A stretch of DNA of 64,000 bases from an uncultured Bifidobacterium sp. Lineage in GTDB: Bacteria > Bacteroidota > Bacteroidia > UKL13-3. Positions 60,026 to 64,000 of the stretch are shown here, piece after piece. Each line of letters opens with the position of its first letter. The first letter of the stretch is position 1. The position numbers were made by a program, and so were the translations under genes. The notes beneath the pieces are model-generated. The model was not told the DNA's origin. It saw only the letters and a list, made by a program, of their open reading frames with translations, and did not search any database. The stretch spans positions 26,509 to 90,508 of the forward strand of contig CAYTWI010000002.1 of the NCBI GenBank assembly GCA_964442045.1. Direction: 5' to 3'.

Positions 60026-60690
60026 AGTTTTTCTTTTTTACTTTTAATTGCTTCTTCTAACAAATTTTCGGGTTCTATGTTTTGCGAATAAAGCGGATTA
60101 TGAAAATCGTTTAGTTTATTTAATAAGCGTATCAGTTCCATCTTTTCCCGATGGTTTAAATTGCCGGTTACAATATGGGTGGCTTGCCTTATTTTATCCA
60201 TTTGCTGCTCCAATGTCTGTAAACCTTTGGGAGTTATACTAATTACCTTACTGCGTTTATCTGTTTCCGAATCTTGCTGTGCTACCCAGCCTTGTGCAAT
60301 AAGCCTGTTGATAATTTGCATGCCAACGGGTTTATCCTGTATATTCTTTTTAATTAACTCCATTTTGGTCATGCTGCCAAAAGCCTTTAGGTTAATCAGG
60401 TATATAAAATCTTCCTGGGTAGTGAAATCGGAACCATGAATAGCTGATTTTGAATAATTTTTAGCATAGCGATTCATGTGCAGAATAAGGGTATTGATAA
60501 CACTTTCAGGGCTTCGGCCATGCTCCTTACCATCCCAATGAGGCTCCGGTGCAAAAGTTTCTGTTGCAAATGTTGTTAGCATCCACTGCTTAAAGCCATT
60601 AACATCAGCGGAGTATTGCTTTGATTTGGAATTAGTTTGCTCAAATTCCTTTATCAAATCAATGGTATCTTTTATTAATAGATTATTCAT
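60022..60690 (-). CDS. MarR-family transcriptional regulator
   Basis: MTKMELIKK...GMQIINRLIAQGWV....ETDKRSKVISITPKG winged HTH; overlaps the crtI start. Confidence 0.85.
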   Translation of the reverse strand: MNNLLIKDTIDLIKEFEQTNSKSKQYSADVNGFKQWMLTTFATETFAPEPHWDGKEHGRSPESVINTLILHMNRYAKNYSKSAIHGSDFTTQEDFIYLINLKAFGSMTKMELIKKNIQDKPVGMQIINRLIAQGWVAQQDSETDKRSKVISITPKGLQTLEQQMDKIRQATHIVTGNLNHREKMELIRLLNKLNDFHNPLYSQNIEPENLLEEAIKSKKEKL

Positions 60691-60699
60691 TGAAACATT

Positions 60700-60762
60700 A
60701 AATTAGTTTACAAATAAACTAATTTTAACTAATAAAGCAATAAATAGTATATTAAATATACT
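60700..60762. promoter_or_regulatory. Putative MarR operators
   Basis: AAATTAGTTTA-CAAA-TAAACTAATTT (60700-60725) and AGTATAT-TAA-ATATACT (60746-60762) just upstream of the marR ATG. Confidence 0.5.
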
Positions 60763-60806
60763 TTATTTAATTAATGAGTACCTCAAACTGATAGATTACT
60801 AAACTA

Positions 60807-60835
60807 AAAAGGCTTCAAGTTTTGAAGCCTTTTTT
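60807..60835. terminator. Terminator-like hairpin with no gene ending at it
   Basis: AAAAAGGCTTCAA-GTT-TTGAAGCCTTTTT. Confidence 0.5.
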
Positions 60836-61147
60836 TTAAATCTGTTTATGAATTTAACCTAACAATAACTATTTATATTCTTTTGGGTTGTTACCCCAAT
60901 TTAGTGCTCTGTTAATAGTAAAGTAAGCCTCTCTGTTACAATTGTCTTTTGTTTGTATTAGGGTGCATTCAATAAAAAACACCGGAATAAAATAAACGAT
61001 TGTTTTAATAACTATGTTGCTACTATCCAAACATACCCATTTTTTATAAAACCCATTAAAACTTACATTGCATTTAGCAGCCCATCCCCTTATTTTGAAA
61101 GCATAATATTAAACTTTTTATTGCAGATAAGAAAATAAATACAACAC

Positions 61148-61630
61148 ATGGAACACCAACACCATTACAAATTACAAGCCGTTTGGCATGGCAACAAAGG
61201 CACCGGAACAAGTACTGTAAAAGGATATGACCGAAGCCATACCATCAGTATTGAAGGCAAACCTGAATTGCATTTAACTACCGATAATGCCCAGGTTGGC
61301 GATAAAACCAAACTAAACCCGGAAGATTTACTGGTGAGTGCTTTATCATCATGCCACATGCTTTCATACCTGTATGTATGTGCGCTGGAAGGCATTGTTG
61401 TGGTTGATTACAAAGACAACGCAACAGGTATTATGATAGAAAAAAGTAGCGGTGGTGGTAGCTTTAAAGAGGTTACTTTAAATCCTGTATTTACCGTTGC
61501 AAGTGCAGAAATGGTACAAAAAGCCATTGAACTGCATCACAAAGCACACGAAATTTGTTACATAGCCAATTCTGTTAATTTTGAAGTAAAATGCAACCCT
61601 GTTTGTGAAGTTGCTAAAACTAAAACATAA
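61148..61630 (+). CDS. OsmC family protein
   Basis: NPEDLLVSALSSCHMLSYL, AHEICYIANSV. Confidence 0.92.
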   Translation: MEHQHHYKLQAVWHGNKGTGTSTVKGYDRSHTISIEGKPELHLTTDNAQVGDKTKLNPEDLLVSALSSCHMLSYLYVCALEGIVVVDYKDNATGIMIEKSSGGGSFKEVTLNPVFTVASAEMVQKAIELHHKAHEICYIANSVNFEVKCNPVCEVAKTKT

Positions 61631-61635
61631 CCAAC

Positions 61636-63309
61636 ATGAAAAAAACTATTCTACATACCTTATTCATAAGCATTGCTATTGTTTTATGTAGCAATCATAT
61701 TCTGGCGCAAACAAAACAGAAAACCATGAAAAAGGAATACCTGTTTTTTTTACACAACAGGTTTGTAGAGTTATTTGATTTAAAAACAGTAAACCCGGAA
61801 TATGGGAGGGCTGAGTACAAAGAAATTTTAGACTCCTTTAAACGAGATGGTTTTATTGTTTTCAGTGAAAAACGCCCTGCCGATACGGATGCAAAAATAT
61901 ATGCACAAAAAGTAGTTACTCAAATTAAAGGCTTATTGAAATCTGGGGTAGAACCCAATCATATTACCGTAATAGGCACTTCAAAAGGAGGCTATATTGC
62001 ACAATACGTTTCTACCTTTTTAGCTAACCCTGATGTCAATTTTGTTTTTATTGGCTGTTATCAAGACACAGATTTAACAGAAAACTCTGACATAAATTTT
62101 TGTGGTAATATTTTATCCATTTACGAAGCAACAGACCCTTATGGAGTTTCAGCCATTAAACGAAAAGAAACCTCCAAACTAACAGTAAACCATTTTAGCG
62201 AGATAGAATTACACACCAACTTACGGCATGGCTTCTTATACAAAGCCTTACCCGAGTGGATTGAACCATGTAAAAAATGGGCCAGAAGAAATTATGACCT
62301 GCGCAGCAATAAAACCATTGCTCCGAAAATTGATGCCTTGCTGGCCGAAAAAACAAGCAAGCCTTTTAACGGAGTTATTCTTATTACACAAAACAATAAA
62401 ACAATCTATACAAAAACCGTTGGTTATGCTGACATTGAAAACAAAACAATACTGCAACCAAACAACCGGTTTTGTGTGGGCTCCATTAGTAAACAATTTA
62501 CAGCCGTTTTGGTATTACAACAATTTGAGAAAGGGAACGTAACATTACACACGCCTATTAAAAAATATTTACCACAACTTACACAAAGCTGGGCCGATAC
62601 TGTAACGATACACCACCTGCTCACCCACACACATGGTGTTAAAGCGCTTGACAAACCAACTTTGTTTCCTGTTGGCACCCAATATGATTACTCACAACTG
62701 GGTTTTAAACTATTGGCCGATATTATAGAAAACGTTTCCGGTAAATCGTTTGAACAATTGTCAATGGAGTTATTTAACACCTGCGGTATGGCAAATACTT
62801 TTCATCCGGATAGGAAACAATACCATATAATAAAAGGCTATACAGAACAAGCCAATGGAAGTTTGCTTTACGATTCAACAAGCCTGCAAAATTATCCGGC
62901 AGCAGGCTCATTTATTTCTACCGCGCACGATTTGATTATATGGAATAAACATTTACACAATGGTAAATTACTGAAAGACTCCACCTACCAAATAATGTTA
63001 ACCAAACAAAAAAATGCCATTCGCTTACACCCTATATTTGGTAAAACTACATATGGTTATGGTATTACCGTAGGTAATGAAAACAATATTGAACAATTAG
63101 GACAAACAGGCTTTGCACCCGCTTTTCCATGTATGAATTTTTATTACCCTCAAACAAAAACAAACGTTATAGTACTAAGTAATATAGCTTATGATAATGA
63201 TGATTTAAAGAAAGCTTTCCATTTTCATACCAGTATTTTAAATATAGTAAAAGAAGACCTTTATGAAAATAGCCGCAGCACAAACAAAACCAATACACAG
63301 AAACATTGA
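61636..63309 (+). CDS. Fusion: alpha/beta-hydrolase-like domain + serine hydrolase (beta-lactamase-fold)
   Basis: Signal peptide; GTSKGG nucleophile elbow and ...LRHGFLY; then FCVGSISKQF (SxxK), HHLLTHTHG, YDYSQLG, GQTG. Confidence 0.75.
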   Translation: MKKTILHTLFISIAIVLCSNHILAQTKQKTMKKEYLFFLHNRFVELFDLKTVNPEYGRAEYKEILDSFKRDGFIVFSEKRPADTDAKIYAQKVVTQIKGLLKSGVEPNHITVIGTSKGGYIAQYVSTFLANPDVNFVFIGCYQDTDLTENSDINFCGNILSIYEATDPYGVSAIKRKETSKLTVNHFSEIELHTNLRHGFLYKALPEWIEPCKKWARRNYDLRSNKTIAPKIDALLAEKTSKPFNGVILITQNNKTIYTKTVGYADIENKTILQPNNRFCVGSISKQFTAVLVLQQFEKGNVTLHTPIKKYLPQLTQSWADTVTIHHLLTHTHGVKALDKPTLFPVGTQYDYSQLGFKLLADIIENVSGKSFEQLSMELFNTCGMANTFHPDRKQYHIIKGYTEQANGSLLYDSTSLQNYPAAGSFISTAHDLIIWNKHLHNGKLLKDSTYQIMLTKQKNAIRLHPIFGKTTYGYGITVGNENNIEQLGQTGFAPAFPCMNFYYPQTKTNVIVLSNIAYDNDDLKKAFHFHTSILNIVKEDLYENSRSTNKTNTQKH

Positions 63310-63433
63310 AGCCAATTTAGCTGCTCATTTTCACTTAGCAACAATAGCGGCCGATAAAGGAGTACAATTGATAGTCTTTCCTGAAATGTCGTTAACAGGC
63401 TACCAGCATGAGTCTGTGGCTCAATTGGCTTAT
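63263..63433 (+). pseudogene. Carbon-nitrogen hydrolase (nitrilase family) N-terminal fragment
   Basis: MKIAAAQ...LIVFPEMSLTGY with the catalytic Glu; similarity stops after about 57 codons; Lys and Cys of the triad missing. Confidence 0.75.
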
Positions 63434-63918
63434 CATATATGTCAGGAGTTTATAATAAATTTCAAAAAGATGGTTTAACTATTGATAGAAAAAGAACAGC
63501 TACTGCTTTCGATTTCAATACATCACTGCTTAAAAACAACCTAAACATTACAGGTGAAGTAGTGAAAGTATTGGTTGATGTGCCCGATACATACAGCCAA
63601 ACTTTCGGCAATAAACAGTTTGGTGGCTTTATTAATATAATAGGTACCCTGCTACAAAGACAAATGTTTGGTTGGGATAAAGCAAAATTAAATGTAGGTG
63701 TAAGGCTTGAATATGCGGATTATAATCAGGGAAAATCTAGGGAAACAAACGGAAATATAGCTGATGATATATGGGCTATTGTACCTGCAATTGCTTTCAG
63801 GCCCGTTGGTACAACTGTTTTACGTTTTAACTATCGTTACCAGGAGCAAACAGATTTTTTAGGCAACCGGCCTGCACGTACAGGTATTATTCAGTTTGGT
63901 TTCTCAACTTACTTTTAA
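63424..63918 (+). pseudogene. C-terminal fragment of an outer-membrane porin-like protein
   Basis: IGLSYMSGVYNKFQKDG...RLEYADYN...TVLRFNYRY...IQFGFSTYF (terminal Phe); in-frame TGA at 63409; no signal peptide. Confidence 0.7.
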
Positions 63919-64000
63919 AACTATTTATAACAGCCTTTTTAACAGTAATAGTATATATGAATAAACAATACCATAAAACCAATTGCAAGCATGAGGATTA

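Noticed and set aside
62280-63309. Beta-lactamase-fold domain as an antibiotic resistance gene
   Set aside because: SxxK/YxS serine hydrolases of this family are mostly esterases or peptidases, and the KTG motif is replaced by QTG; resistance cannot be inferred

Overview
AT-rich Bacteroidota chromosomal window, assigned from gldC/gldD/gldE, the ileS-dksA-lspA and nusB-DUF1573-yajC-coaE gene orders, and TAnnTTTG -7 promoter elements. Positions 1-52,100 are mostly housekeeping (guaA, argS, dnaB, ileS, pyrC, korAB, rlmN, psd, sufBCDSE, DPP IV, surE), with a hipBA-type toxin-antitoxin insertion and scattered small palindromic and heptad repeats. The main accessory region starts at tRNA-Ala(GGC) (52166-52242). 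A 17-bp duplicate of the tRNA 3' end is followed by an AT-rich three-gene operon (52616-56000): an NDT/TIR-like domain fused to a PD-(D/E)xK nuclease, a stand-alone Mrr-like nuclease, and a GHKL ATPase fused to a Shedu-like nuclease, with no methyltransferase. The operon is bracketed by complementary GTTAGGTG / CACCTAAC sites, as expected for an integron-like (attC) gene cassette, and is the best candidate here for an undescribed anti-phage system. Further right are a hypothetical gene preceded by a non-coding array of 7 x 42-bp palindromic units, a marR-crtI-crtB carotenoid cluster, a double-hydrolase fusion and a nitrilase/porin deletion junction. SufS also carries an in-frame insertion of about 18 aa that looks derived from a palindromic repeat. 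All family assignments come from motif recognition by eye; no database searches were run.
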